From the sequence record OZ374907.1: a stretch of DNA of 32,000 nucleotides; one strand, 5' to 3'. A program made the position numbers and the translations under genes. The notes under the pieces were generated by a model. It did no database searches. It saw only the letters and a program-made list of their open reading frames with translations, and had not been told where the DNA came from. Shown piece after piece: positions 1 through 11,500 of this stretch. Within the stretch, counting starts at the first letter, position 1, and each line of letters opens with the position of its first letter.

Positions 1-37
1 CTTACAAGGCCAATTATTTTATAATCTCAATTGAGAA

Positions 38-3000
38 ATGAACAAGTTTTTGCAAAATCTCTATAATTCGTTTTTTACTTGGTTTCCCGAAGTGGGGGAA
101 TTAAATGAAACGAGTATTGCTGATCATTTAGATGAACCTCAAACTGCAATAGATGCTGTTTGGAATAATGTTCGTCAAGCTCTTGGTCTTCCTGGAACCT
201 CTCCTTTTTTTGTTGATTATGAAGGAACAGTCGATGATGATGACTTTTATAATTACCTTGTTGGTGATGGGTCCCACCCCGGCTTAACTGATAATTTACG
301 TAACCTTCCTCCTGATCCTTCTGAAGGTATTCCTGATTCAATTCTTCCTTTTGTAAAAACGCGAGCCGTTTTAGGAGACGAATATGTAGACCTACCTACT
401 CCAGGCCTTCCAGACGCAGTGTCGCAAAATGGTGTATTCTATTCCTTCTGGCGTGGTTCTGGACTTGATTTCTTGTTCCAAGGGCTTGGAAGTATTTATC
501 ATACTTTACTTTATTGGGGGCACGCGTGGGTCGATTTTATTTTCTCTTTTTTTATTGCACCAGTTCAAAGTAACCTTGGCCAAACCCAACTTATTACTGA
601 AAGTATTGTTGACTATCCTGGTTTTTATACCCATGTAAAACAATGGAGTGATCCATTTTATTCATGGTACGCTCAAGAGCTTCCCGATGATTTTCTTGAA
701 AATTGGCTTGGATTTTCACCTTTCTTAAATGGGTTTTTCTCTAGTATTCATATTTTCGGCCTTTTTACAGTTGGAACATTAGTTAGTTTGACTCGTTTAT
801 ATACAAATGGTCGACCCGCTTGGTATGTTTCAACTTTTGGTCAAGTTGTAGCCCATTATTTTTTACTTTGTTTAATGGTTTATCCTATTCCTCAAAGTGA
901 AGCTATTTTTTCCCGTCTTACTCCTATTGTAACATTTCCTATTGGATTGATTTTTCTTCTTCAAAGTTTTCTTTATTTAGAAGAAACGATGCATACCGTT
1001 GCTCTTGATGACACGGGAAGAAACCCAGTTTGTAAAATTAGTGTTGTGCGACTTCCTCGTGAATTAGATTGGAAGTGGTCCTGGGAGAGTATTTATACTT
1101 TTAAAGACACGTTTATTTATAGTTTTGTCATTAGTTTAACTATTCCAATGACAGTAGGTATTCAAGGGTTTACATTATTACCTCAACCAAGTTTAACCAT
1201 TACTAATATGAGTAATGTAAACTTTTTTACATATACACTTGGTTTAGTTCTTGGTGGAATTCTTACTTCTTACGTAATTGGACTTGCCTTTTATCGATTT
1301 GGAAATGCTGTTACCCGTTGGTTCTATATTTATAGATCGGATAATTTAGATCTTCCATTTGGTGGAAACCCCAACCAATCTGTCTCAGAAATGGGACCAC
1401 TTCGTTTTCTACGTTTATGTACTTATACCCTAGCGCTAGGTGTAAGTTTTAATTCCGTTGCATGTTATGCAAATGAACAATTCTTGTCTGGTGGTATTGG
1501 TTTTAGTTCACCTAACTCTAATTCAATTCTTCGTTCTTTTTGGATTCGTGATGAAATTTCGATAAGTCCAATGTATGAGTTCGACATGGAGGAGCAACAA
1601 TATGATTGGAATGAATTTTATCTGCAACAAGATGATGATTTTCAACTATTCTATTTAATTCAACCTTATCAAATTCCTTACTATGACCAATGGCGTGATG
1701 GAATGTTTGATCGACCTTTTTTAGAGGATAATTTTGACGATTATTATCAGTATATGGTCAGTCGTGATCGTTCTCCTTGGCGTGATGAAGAACAATTAGC
1801 AGCTGATAAACAATGGACATTCCAACAGGTTGAACTTGCTGCATTTGTAAGTGAGGATGTGCTTGCACGATCCTTTGGCCAAACACCAAGTCAAACGCAA
1901 AGTTATAAAGCTCTTACATCTCGATTAGGTGATAGTACAAGCGTTGAAGGTAAAGGAATGAATGCACTAGACAATCTTGATCCTGATCTTGCACCAACTG
2001 GCTATTTCCGTTATTTGCTACGTTCTCAAAAACGTCGTATGTTAAAACGACGTCAACCACCTCGATTAAGTCGTTTTGAAGTTTTACCTTCCACAAAAAC
2101 ACAAAAAAGTAAAGATCTTCTTGACCGCCCAAACGTTGGAGCGGCATGGCTAATGGATCAACAGCAAACACGTGCATTTGAAAATACGGCTGTCGATATT
2201 AGAACTGGTGATGGGTTAAACGAACAGCAAATTGCTAGACATCCAAAATCACGTTTAAATTTCTTACCTAAATTAGATGAAGTTGGCCGTCCCGGACCAG
2301 AAAGTAAATCAGCTGGTCGTTTTAATCGAGATGGTTCTTTCCGTTTATTTGCTGATTTCCCAGGTGTTGTGCCACCTGAAGAGCGTTTTGAGGTCGAGGA
2401 ACGTGGTCCTTGCCCAAGTCCTCCTATTAATCCAGGTAAACGAATGTGTACTCGTATGATGCCCGAGAAACTTTCTTCGTCAACAAGTAAACCTACTGAT
2501 AAACGGGTTCAAAAATATAAGAAGAAATTACGAGGGAAACGTGGAGCACGCCGTAGTTATAAGAAACGAAATAAAGCATTAAGACAGACACGAGCTCGTC
2601 AAACTGCTGACGGTAATCTTATTGTTGAAGTTGATTCTACGTTTAATGATAAAACTTTAGTTGGTGAAAATGGTTGGGCAGCATTTACGAATGGTACTAC
2701 AAAACCTAAGAATGATATTTCATATAAACGTTTAAGTGCAAAAAATAAAGATCTCGTTCGATTAATGAACCCTAGTTACTACGTTTATGATCGATTACAC
2801 GATTATGATCGAACACAAGATACATTAGTTCGTCGTGATTATATTGATATGTGGACAATCAAGTATGGTATGAAAGATGGTCCTGTAGGTATTTTCCATG
2901 GTGGCTATTTTTCATTTATTGATCGAGCAGTTTCGACCGCTCTGAATCCTATTGGATTTGTTGTAAACCTTGCAACAGCAGTTGTGAAGAAAACTGTGGT

Positions 3001-4243
3001 TACTACTTTTGATATTTTGACCCTAAATCAACGTAATCGTGAAAGCAGTTCGGAGAAAGAAGCCAGAGAAAAAGCAATTGCTATAAATGCAAAGCGTCAA
3101 GCTCAACGACGCGAAAAGGCTCGTTTTAAACGACAAACTCCAAAAACAAATAAATTTGATCAATACACTTCTCAATTTTTCTTTGAGACGGACCCTCTTA
3201 ATTCAAGTTTGTTTCAACGTTTTGATTATGAGAGATCTTTATCTGAACTCTTTGAAGCAAATGAAGCATATCGTTTTACTTTCTTAGATTCCTATTATAA
3301 ATATCCAACAACACAGCTAGCCATTCGTTTCTTAGCTGATCGTCTTATTAGAAATACATTATTAGACCCTACAGTTGTATCTTCTGAAGCCTCCAAAAAG
3401 ATTACGAAAAATGGTGCAAGCAGCTTAGCACTTGAACATGCTCATGAGCGTGTTATAGAGTACCATAATAGTATGCGCGAATACCATAATAGTATTCATA
3501 GTGAAGATCTTGGTCTTATTGGTAGTGCCCCAACAAAATCATATTTAAATACCCCTTATCGTCATCAATTTAAAGGGCGTAGAAGTTCTGTTCGTCGTTT
3601 AACATTTACTAATCGTGATGAAATGGAGAATATGATGAATGCAGATGTTTTAGAATATGTAAAACCTGTAAACCGTCTTCCTACTTTTGTTGATGTAAAT
3701 AAAGACGGAAAAGTTCAAACTACATTTGGTCCTAGCTTACATGAAAATGTAGCATATGGTATTGATTTTGATAAAGAGGATCCTGATTATCTTCCTTGGC
3801 AAGAGCTATGGCGTAAAGCAGTTTTACCAGAAGACACAGATTTTTTACCTACTTATGTAAGCCGTGATCCTCAAAGTGGTAAAATGACGTTATTACCTGT
3901 TGTTCAAAACCGTTCCCTAAATGATTATGGAACACCTATTCGTACCCTTTCACCTGAAAATGAAGATACTAAATTTATTAGTGCTTATTTAATTGGTGAT
4001 TATTTTGATCCAGAAACTCCTTTAAGTGTTGCTCGTTATTACCGTGATAAATTATTAGCTTTACCTATCGATTCCTTAGATTATTTATGTTTTATGGTTT
4101 ACTTACCTGAAAGTGATCCTGTAAAAGCAGATTTCTTAAAATACTTAGAAAAAGGTCACGATGATATTAAGAAAAATTATGAACATATTAAGCCAATGTT
4201 ATTAGATGGTGTTAATTTATCAAATCTTCTAGTTCGTTATTAA
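38..4243 (+). CDS. ycf1: Giant membrane-anchored ORF, ycf1-like (Tic214-like), 1401 aa
   Basis: Uninterrupted 4.2-kb ORF bounded upstream by an in-frame TGA at 32-34. Several hydrophobic helices lie in roughly the first 450 aa. IFGLFTVGTLVSLTRLY and STFGQVVAHYFLLCLMVYPIP loosely resemble the land-plant Ycf1 N-terminal motifs GLYYGF..SIGPSYLFLLR and GFITGQLMMFISIYYAPL. A long hydrophilic region rich in K, R, E and D follows (for example KKKLRGKRGARRSYKKRNKALRQTRARQ). This architecture is typical of algal ycf1, but the similarity is weak. Confidence 0.55.
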   Translation: MNKFLQNLYNSFFTWFPEVGELNETSIADHLDEPQTAIDAVWNNVRQALGLPGTSPFFVDYEGTVDDDDFYNYLVGDGSHPGLTDNLRNLPPDPSEGIPDSILPFVKTRAVLGDEYVDLPTPGLPDAVSQNGVFYSFWRGSGLDFLFQGLGSIYHTLLYWGHAWVDFIFSFFIAPVQSNLGQTQLITESIVDYPGFYTHVKQWSDPFYSWYAQELPDDFLENWLGFSPFLNGFFSSIHIFGLFTVGTLVSLTRLYTNGRPAWYVSTFGQVVAHYFLLCLMVYPIPQSEAIFSRLTPIVTFPIGLIFLLQSFLYLEETMHTVALDDTGRNPVCKISVVRLPRELDWKWSWESIYTFKDTFIYSFVISLTIPMTVGIQGFTLLPQPSLTITNMSNVNFFTYTLGLVLGGILTSYVIGLAFYRFGNAVTRWFYIYRSDNLDLPFGGNPNQSVSEMGPLRFLRLCTYTLALGVSFNSVACYANEQFLSGGIGFSSPNSNSILRSFWIRDEISISPMYEFDMEEQQYDWNEFYLQQDDDFQLFYLIQPYQIPYYDQWRDGMFDRPFLEDNFDDYYQYMVSRDRSPWRDEEQLAADKQWTFQQVELAAFVSEDVLARSFGQTPSQTQSYKALTSRLGDSTSVEGKGMNALDNLDPDLAPTGYFRYLLRSQKRRMLKRRQPPRLSRFEVLPSTKTQKSKDLLDRPNVGAAWLMDQQQTRAFENTAVDIRTGDGLNEQQIARHPKSRLNFLPKLDEVGRPGPESKSAGRFNRDGSFRLFADFPGVVPPEERFEVEERGPCPSPPINPGKRMCTRMMPEKLSSSTSKPTDKRVQKYKKKLRGKRGARRSYKKRNKALRQTRARQTADGNLIVEVDSTFNDKTLVGENGWAAFTNGTTKPKNDISYKRLSAKNKDLVRLMNPSYYVYDRLHDYDRTQDTLVRRDYIDMWTIKYGMKDGPVGIFHGGYFSFIDRAVSTALNPIGFVVNLATAVVKKTVVTTFDILTLNQRNRESSSEKEAREKAIAINAKRQAQRREKARFKRQTPKTNKFDQYTSQFFFETDPLNSSLFQRFDYERSLSELFEANEAYRFTFLDSYYKYPTTQLAIRFLADRLIRNTLLDPTVVSSEASKKITKNGASSLALEHAHERVIEYHNSMREYHNSIHSEDLGLIGSAPTKSYLNTPYRHQFKGRRSSVRRLTFTNRDEMENMMNADVLEYVKPVNRLPTFVDVNKDGKVQTTFGPSLHENVAYGIDFDKEDPDYLPWQELWRKAVLPEDTDFLPTYVSRDPQSGKMTLLPVVQNRSLNDYGTPIRTLSPENEDTKFISAYLIGDYFDPETPLSVARYYRDKLLALPIDSLDYLCFMVYLPESDPVKADFLKYLEKGHDDIKKNYEHIKPMLLDGVNLSNLLVRY

Positions 4244-4253
4244 ACCTATTATC

Positions 4254-4278
4254 CCCGTCCTTTTAAAATAAGGACGGG
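4254..4278 (+). terminator. 3' inverted repeat after ycf1-like ORF (9-bp stem cccgtcctt / aaggacggg, loop ttaaaat)
   Basis: Perfect 9-bp GC-rich stem read directly from the sequence, 11 nt after the stop codon. Plastid 3' inverted repeats usually act as mRNA 3'-end stabilisers rather than true terminators. Confidence 0.6.
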
Positions 4279-4499
4279 AACTAATGTTAGATTTACTCCT
4301 CCCTAAAAATAAGGGGTAAGTTTTTGCAATTGTTTTAGTTTTAGGGGGACTAACTCTTTGGATTTTTATTGAAAAGTAATTTGTTTTATTTAAAAATTTA
4401 TAAATATTAAATTTAATTTAACACACAAAAATAAAAAAACAGAAGTAACTATGGTTAACTAGTATTTAACCTTGTTCCAATATCAAAAATAGTTGGGAC

Positions 4500-5468
4500 A
4501 TGCTAAAGAGTAAAAACAACAAATTAATGAGACAAATGAATACTAGGCCACCTGTTTTAAAGTTAGCAACTTATGGGAAAGGGGGAATTGGAAAATCAAC
4601 AGTTAGTAGTAATTTATCTGTTGCTCTTGCTCAACGAGGTCGTAAAGTTTTACAAATTGGATGTGATCCAAAACATGATAGTACTTTTAGTTTATGTGGA
4701 TTTATAATTCCTACGATTATTGATACTCTCCAAAAAAAGGATTTTGTTTATTCTAAAATTTGGTCTGAAGATATTATTTATAATGGACATTTTGATGTTG
4801 ATTGTGTCGAGGCAGGGGGGCCACCCGCTGGAGCAGGATGTGGTGGTTACGTTGTAGGAGAAACTGTTAAATTATTAAAAGAATTAAATGCTTTTTATAG
4901 TTATGATGTAATTATTTTCGATGTTTTAGGGGATATTGTTTGTGGGGGGTTTGCTGCTCCACTTAATTATTCGGATTACTGTTTAATTACAGCCGATGAA
5001 AGTTTTGATTCTTTATTTGCAGCCAATAGAATTTTTGCTTCAGTTCGGGAGAAAGCACGAACACACCCATTAACTTTATCAGGGATTGTTATTAATCGGG
5101 GTTTACAACGTGATTTAACAAAACGTTTCATAAAAAATTGCCCCTTCCCTATTTTAGAAACTTTACCTTTATTAGAAATTGTAAAAAATTCTCGAATCGT
5201 TGGTAAACCTTTAGTTTCTTTATTAGAACAAAAAGGGAAAGAATTAGAAGAAAAACCTAAATTAACAAAAGGAGAAAAACGTGAATGGGAGTTATTAGTT
5301 TACACGTGTAAAGCTTTTCTTGGTTTAGCAGATTATTTTTTAACATATCCTGAAGGAGTTGTACCTTTTGAACTGGCAGATCGCACATTATTTACTTTAT
5401 TATCAACATCTAATAATGATAAAAAAGAAGAATTAGTGGCTGAAGTAAAAGAATTTGAAATTGTTTAA
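4500..5468 (+). CDS. chlL: Light-independent protochlorophyllide reductase, Fe-S ATP-binding subunit ChlL
   Basis: Contains [10 protein letters not shown] (P-loop), [41 protein letters not shown] and [11 protein letters not shown] (both 4Fe-4S cysteine ligands). These match ChlL/BchL/NifH-family signatures. The true start may be an internal Met (codon 10 or 13), because canonical ChlL begins just before the YGKGG motif. Confidence 0.96.
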   Translation: MLKSKNNKLMRQMNTRPPVLKLATYGKGGIGKSTVSSNLSVALAQRGRKVLQIGCDPKHDSTFSLCGFIIPTIIDTLQKKDFVYSKIWSEDIIYNGHFDVDCVEAGGPPAGAGCGGYVVGETVKLLKELNAFYSYDVIIFDVLGDIVCGGFAAPLNYSDYCLITADESFDSLFAANRIFASVREKARTHPLTLSGIVINRGLQRDLTKRFIKNCPFPILETLPLLEIVKNSRIVGKPLVSLLEQKGKELEEKPKLTKGEKREWELLVYTCKAFLGLADYFLTYPEGVVPFELADRTLFTLLSTSNNDKKEELVAEVKEFEIV

Positions 5469-6833
<1,365 letters not shown>

Positions 6834-7000
6834 AGTATAATTTCTGATAATAGTAGTAGAGTAAAATACGCGAACCTATATTTGAGCTATTTGCTTTTTT
6901 TCATCTTTAGTTTATCATTATATATATAGATGCTACTCTTAATCTTGATACTATAGAAAGATAAAAAGTAACAAAAAACTGATATTCATTTTGTATTTTA

Positions 7001-7543
7001 ATGGCACAAACAATTAAACGTTACAATGTAACTGGAGCTCGTCAAATCAATAATATTTTAATTTCCTCAATTATTTTTGCTGGAGGGTTTGGTTTTTTAC
7101 TTGTTGGTTTATCTAGTTATTTCGGTTCCAATTTACTACCTTTTTTATCTGCTGAAGGAATTATCTTTTTACCCCAGGGGTTTGTAATGTGTCTTTATGG
7201 CTCTGCAGGTATTTTACTTGGTTTATACCAGCTTTTTACAATTTTGTTAAAAATTGGTGATGGGTTTAATGAATTTGATTTAGAAAAAAATACCATCCGT
7301 ATTTTTCGATGGGGCTTTCCTGGTAAAACGCGTCGTTTTTGTTTAACTATCTCTTTAGATGATGTTTTATCGATTGGTATTCGCGTTAGTGAAGGTTTAA
7401 ATCCCCGTCGAAATTTATATTTAAAGTTATCAGATCAACGTGAAATTCCCCTTACTCAGATTGGTGAGCCTATTCCTATGGGACAATTAGAAAAAGAAGC
7501 AGCTGAATTAGCTTCATTTTTATCCTGTCCTGTTGAAGGCTAA
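7001..7543 (+). CDS. ycf4: Photosystem I assembly protein Ycf4
   Basis: 180 aa with two N-terminal TM helices, then the conserved FLPQG..MCLYG and IRIFRWGFPGKTRR blocks typical of Ycf4. Confidence 0.93.
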   Translation: MAQTIKRYNVTGARQINNILISSIIFAGGFGFLLVGLSSYFGSNLLPFLSAEGIIFLPQGFVMCLYGSAGILLGLYQLFTILLKIGDGFNEFDLEKNTIRIFRWGFPGKTRRFCLTISLDDVLSIGIRVSEGLNPRRNLYLKLSDQREIPLTQIGEPIPMGQLEKEAAELASFLSCPVEG

Positions 7544-7910
7544 AGAAAAAAGCGGTCGCAGTTAATTGTCAAATTAATTGAGGAAAGTCCGGGCTCTTCT
7601 TTTTTACTCTAAAAAAATGTTATAGAATAACGTTCTATGAATTTTAAATTCGAGGATAGTGCCACAGAAAATTAACCGCAAGATTACTCTTGTAAGGGTG
7701 CAATGGTGTGGTAAGAGCATACCAGTTTATTTGCGAAAATAGAGCTTGGTATACCCTAACAGAGAGCAAACAGGTTTTTTGGTTTCGGTTTTAGATTCCA
7801 TTAAACTCTAATTGTGCTAGAAAAACATTGTAATATGTTTTCAAGATGAATGACCGCTATAGAAACCATTATAATGGTTTCTATAACAGAACCCGGCTTA
7901 CTTTTTCTTT
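7544..7910 (+). ncRNA. rnpB: RNase P RNA (bacterial type A-like), plastid rnpB
   Basis: Universally conserved P4 halves are present: GAGGAAAGTCCGGGCTC (7580-7596) and ACAGAACCCGGCTTA (7886-7900). Also present are AGGATAGTGCCACAGAAAA (7653-7671), GTAAGGGTGCAATGGTGTGGTAAGAGCATACCAG (7692-7725) and the cyanobacterial-like AGATGAATGACCGC. P1 pairing is AAGAAAAAG (from ~7544) with CTTTTTCTT (7901-7909). P2 pairing is GCGGTC (7552-7557) with GACCGC (7851-7856). Ends are approximate to within about 5 nt. Confidence 0.87.
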
Positions 7911-7962
7911 GCATTGGTAAAGTTGATTAGAAAAAACTAAACCCTTTCTACAAAAATAAAAA

Positions 7963-8035
7963 CACGCCCTGTAGGACTCGAACCTACGACCTACGGTTTT
8001 GGAGACCGTTGCTCTACCAACTGAGCTAAGGACGC
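7963..8035 (-). tRNA. trnW(CCA): tRNA-Trp (anticodon CCA)
   Basis: The reverse complement folds as a cloverleaf with anticodon loop CTCCAAA, T-arm GTAGG-TTCGAGT-CCTAC, and G1-U72 as in plastid trnW. Confidence 0.93.
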
Positions 8036-8066
8036 TTTATCTTAATTCTATAATACCATAAAAACC

Positions 8067-8153
8067 CGGGAAAGGAGGGATTTGAACCCCCGGGCCTGTG
8101 AAGGCCTCCCGATTTCAAGTCGGGTGCAATCGACCAGACTCTGCCACTTCCCC
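8067..8153 (-). tRNA. trnS(UGA): tRNA-Ser (anticodon UGA), class II with long variable arm
   Basis: Reverse complement begins GGGGAAGTGGCAGAG. Anticodon stem-loop is CCCGA-CTTGAAA-TCGGG. The variable arm is long (AGGCCTTCACAGGCCC), the T-loop is TTCAAAT, and the acceptor stems pair. Confidence 0.92.
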
Positions 8154-8312
8154 TTATACTACCCTTCCCTTACAATTTTATTGTAACATGGTTTTGTATA
8201 ATTGTGCAAGGTACATTAGTTGTGTTTTTGTGATTCTTATGGTATTCTTCAATTACGGTTAGTAAAGTAATTATAGTTAACCCTTCAGTTTAAAAAATTG
8301 ACCTGTTTATTA

Positions 8313-8398
8313 GGAGGGATGGCTGAGTGGCTTAAAGTACCGCATTGCTAATGCGGCGTGCGATTTTCGTACCGAGGGTTCGAATCCCTCTCCTTCCG
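8313..8398 (+). tRNA. trnS(GCU): tRNA-Ser (anticodon GCU), class II
   Basis: Starts GGAGGGATGGCTGAGTGG. Anticodon stem-loop is CCGCA-TTGCTAA-TGCGG. It has a long variable arm, T-arm GAGGG-TTCGAAT-CCCTC and acceptor 3' strand TCCTTCC. Confidence 0.93.
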
Positions 8399-8590
8399 AG
8401 GGAAAATCTCTCGTTCTATTATAACTGTAATCATGAAAATGTTATAATAATATTCATTATTTGAGTAGATTATTCCCTATTTTATTTTCTGTATTTTTTA
8501 CTTTCTGGAAACCGTGACTATACTTGCCCTCCTCTTGCTTAGGCTCTCAATCAACTGGCCGATTCCTATTATTAACATAAAAAAAGCATT

Positions 8591-11500
8591 ATGACTGCTT
8601 ATCTTTCTTTAAACGACCCTCGTTTCTTTAAACAATATTATTTTTCAACAGGTAAACCTTTTGAGTCTGAACATTTATTTCTTCTTTATCGATATCCTGA
8701 ATTTACAAGCCATTATTTTGATATTCTAGTTGGACTTTGCGTTACGCATAATTTTGTCAATTTTTTAGAACTTGATGAAAAAGCTAACTCTGATAGTCTT
8801 AACCCTATTGTTTGGGAAAAAATTGAAAATTTTTATCGAGATATCGAAACTTCTGATTTAACGAAGCGTTCAAAATATCCTTTTTTCAGTGAAGAAGAAA
8901 TCCGCGAAATTGATCAAGCAGTTTCTGAAGCTGGTATTGCGCGTGACCAGACAGTACGTCAATTATTCAAAGATTTTGATCGTGAATCGTCTTTATTAGC
9001 GCTTTCTAATTTACAAGTTTTAATCTTCTTTTATTGTGCTAGACCTGCCTATCAAGCTCAAGAGCCTTTGATTCGACATGGTTTACAACTTCGTGATACT
9101 CAAACATCAGAAAAAGAACAAAAGAAACATGAATCAGGTTTAAGTGCATTAACAGATGAACAACAAGAAAGCTATCAAGTATTACAAGCAGAACAAGATG
9201 CAAAACTTTCTGAATCTGAAAAAGGGTTTACAACTATTGCAAATCCTTTAGATATTGCACCTATTTTACCTGTTGTTCCTGTGGAGTTGCTTAAAATGAT
9301 TAGCTTCCTAGCTTTTGTAGGTTGGTGGGCTACAACTGATAATGCAACAAAGAATCCTTTTGCGAAATCTGCTCGTCAACCTTTAACTTTTAACAGTGTA
9401 ATTACTGATAAATCAGTTTCTTGGGATATTAATGAGCAATTATTTGTTTCTCAAGCAAAAATTAGTGATTATGCTTCCCCAAGACGTTCGTTTGTGACAG
9501 CGCAAAATGATGGTCTTGCTCCCAGTTTTTTTGATGTTGACTTTCCCGATTTTGAAGAAAAACTTATTAAAGACGCCTCTCCTAATTTGTTGAATACTTA
9601 TGAAGGAAAATTACACAAAACTGGGGCTGAAGCATTAGAACAAACATTACGTGCAAAAGTAAAGAAAATTCAAGACCAATTTAATTATTTACGAACGTTT
9701 AAATGTACTGATTTAGAAGAGAAAACAAACCTGGATGAACGTCTTGTTAATTTAGAGAATAAACAGCAATTAACATCGCTAGATCAAAATACGCTTAATA
9801 ATATTTATTTTTCTTGTCTTGAGCAGGTTTTGAATTCAGAAGAATTAATTTATGCCACTTTACCTGAAGTAATAAAATTAGAAACTTTAACACCACAGGC
9901 TGAACTTGATTTTTCATTAAATAATAACTTTTTAATTAAAGTAGGTTCTACTTATTATGAAGTATCTCCTGAAATTATTCGTGCAGTTTATGGTCAATTT
10001 TTACAACAGTATCAAGAACACCTCGCTTCCTGTTTTAATAAATCAGATTTAAATCCCAGCATTTGGAGTTCTTCAGAAGATTTATATTCCGTTTTTGCTT
10101 ATCGACACGCAGATAAAGCTACTTTTGGTAAAACATCTCGTGTTGAGGGAAGATTTAAGCGTAAAAAGTGTTATAAAAAGCATCGTTTTAATATTCAAAC
10201 GCTGTATACATTAGTTAGTAATCTCTACACTAATACAAAGTATTCCGCGGTTTTAAGTATTAAAGATACCACTAAAGAGAAAGCAAAAAATAGAAGATTA
10301 GCAAAAACAAAACTTCAACAACTTTCGGCTTTACTTCTTTCTAGCCAATACCAGCTAATTCCAGATCAATTATTTAACCTCACTTCTGATCAGGATCCAA
10401 TGGACTTAACTGTTCGTAATTTTTATTTAGATACCGATGAGAATGATGAAAATTTAAAGCCAGAGGTGCGTTATAATCCAAAAACACTTCGCGTTGAATT
10501 GAAACGATTCCGTCGTTTAACAAAATGGAAACGAAACCGTGTACGTGTATTCAAAACCCTTCTGAAAGGTACTAAAGATTACAAACAACAATTTAGTACA
10601 TATGCGCTAGATTTAGGATATAAATATGATTTTGATAGTAAATATTTTAGTTGGTTAAAGGAAAAGAAAAAATTGAATCTGAATGATCCAATTTTGATGC
10701 AAAAACAATTAGAAAAATATCAAAAACGATCTTCTACCCGCTTTCAACAAATTCATGGAACAAAAGTTTTTTTAAGCCGAACTTCATGGACCCCATTACG
10801 CCGTCTCTGGTTACGTTCGAATAAAAAAGCTTCCCACTTCCCTATTCCTATTTCTCGCTTGGCAGAACCATTTGCTGCAAGTAATCTTTTATCTTTATCT
10901 TCGAAAATTCCCTTTGGTATTATTCGTGAAACTGATCTACAAAAACCTTTTAAAAAGCTTTCTTATCGACAAGAACAAAAAGTTGCAAAACAACTAAAAG
11001 AGTTTGAAGCATTTATGCTTCTATTTGAAAGTACTTTGAACAATACTCTTGATTTTATTAATGAGCGAGATAAATTTAATAAACTTCAAGCATATGAAAA
11101 GGCTATCCGTAATACTCAACCTAAGTATAAGAAGTATAAGGGTCTAGGTAAGAGTCCGATGATTTATACAAGAAAATATCATCCAAATACCTTTCCTTCT
11201 TATTTAGGGTATCTACGCAAAGATAAAGGTTTATATCACAATCCTCATTGGTACAGTCGTTCTTGTTTCCAATTAATCATGGATTATCTTCAATACATTA
11301 ATGATTTTAGTTTAGGTCAAAATAGTAATGAAAACCTTGAAGAATTATTACTTCATTCCATTTTTAGTACACGTGTTGGTTTAGATTCACGAACAGTTTG
11401 GAATTTAGATTCCTCTTATAACTTTTCCTCGTTTGATAAAGGTAATAATCCTTCTTCTTATTTAGCCCCTAATCAAAATACATATAATTTAAATTTAAAC

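Noticed and set aside
4284-4379. Short frame MLDLLLPKNKG-stop-VFAIVLVLGGLTLWIFIEK-stop, resembling a small hydrophobic thylakoid peptide interrupted by TAA
   Set aside because: It has no match to any small PSI, PSII or cytochrome b6f subunit I can recall (psbM, psbT, petL, petG, petN, psaJ, psaM, ycf12). The hydrophobic half has no start codon. It is too short to support either a gene or a pseudogene.
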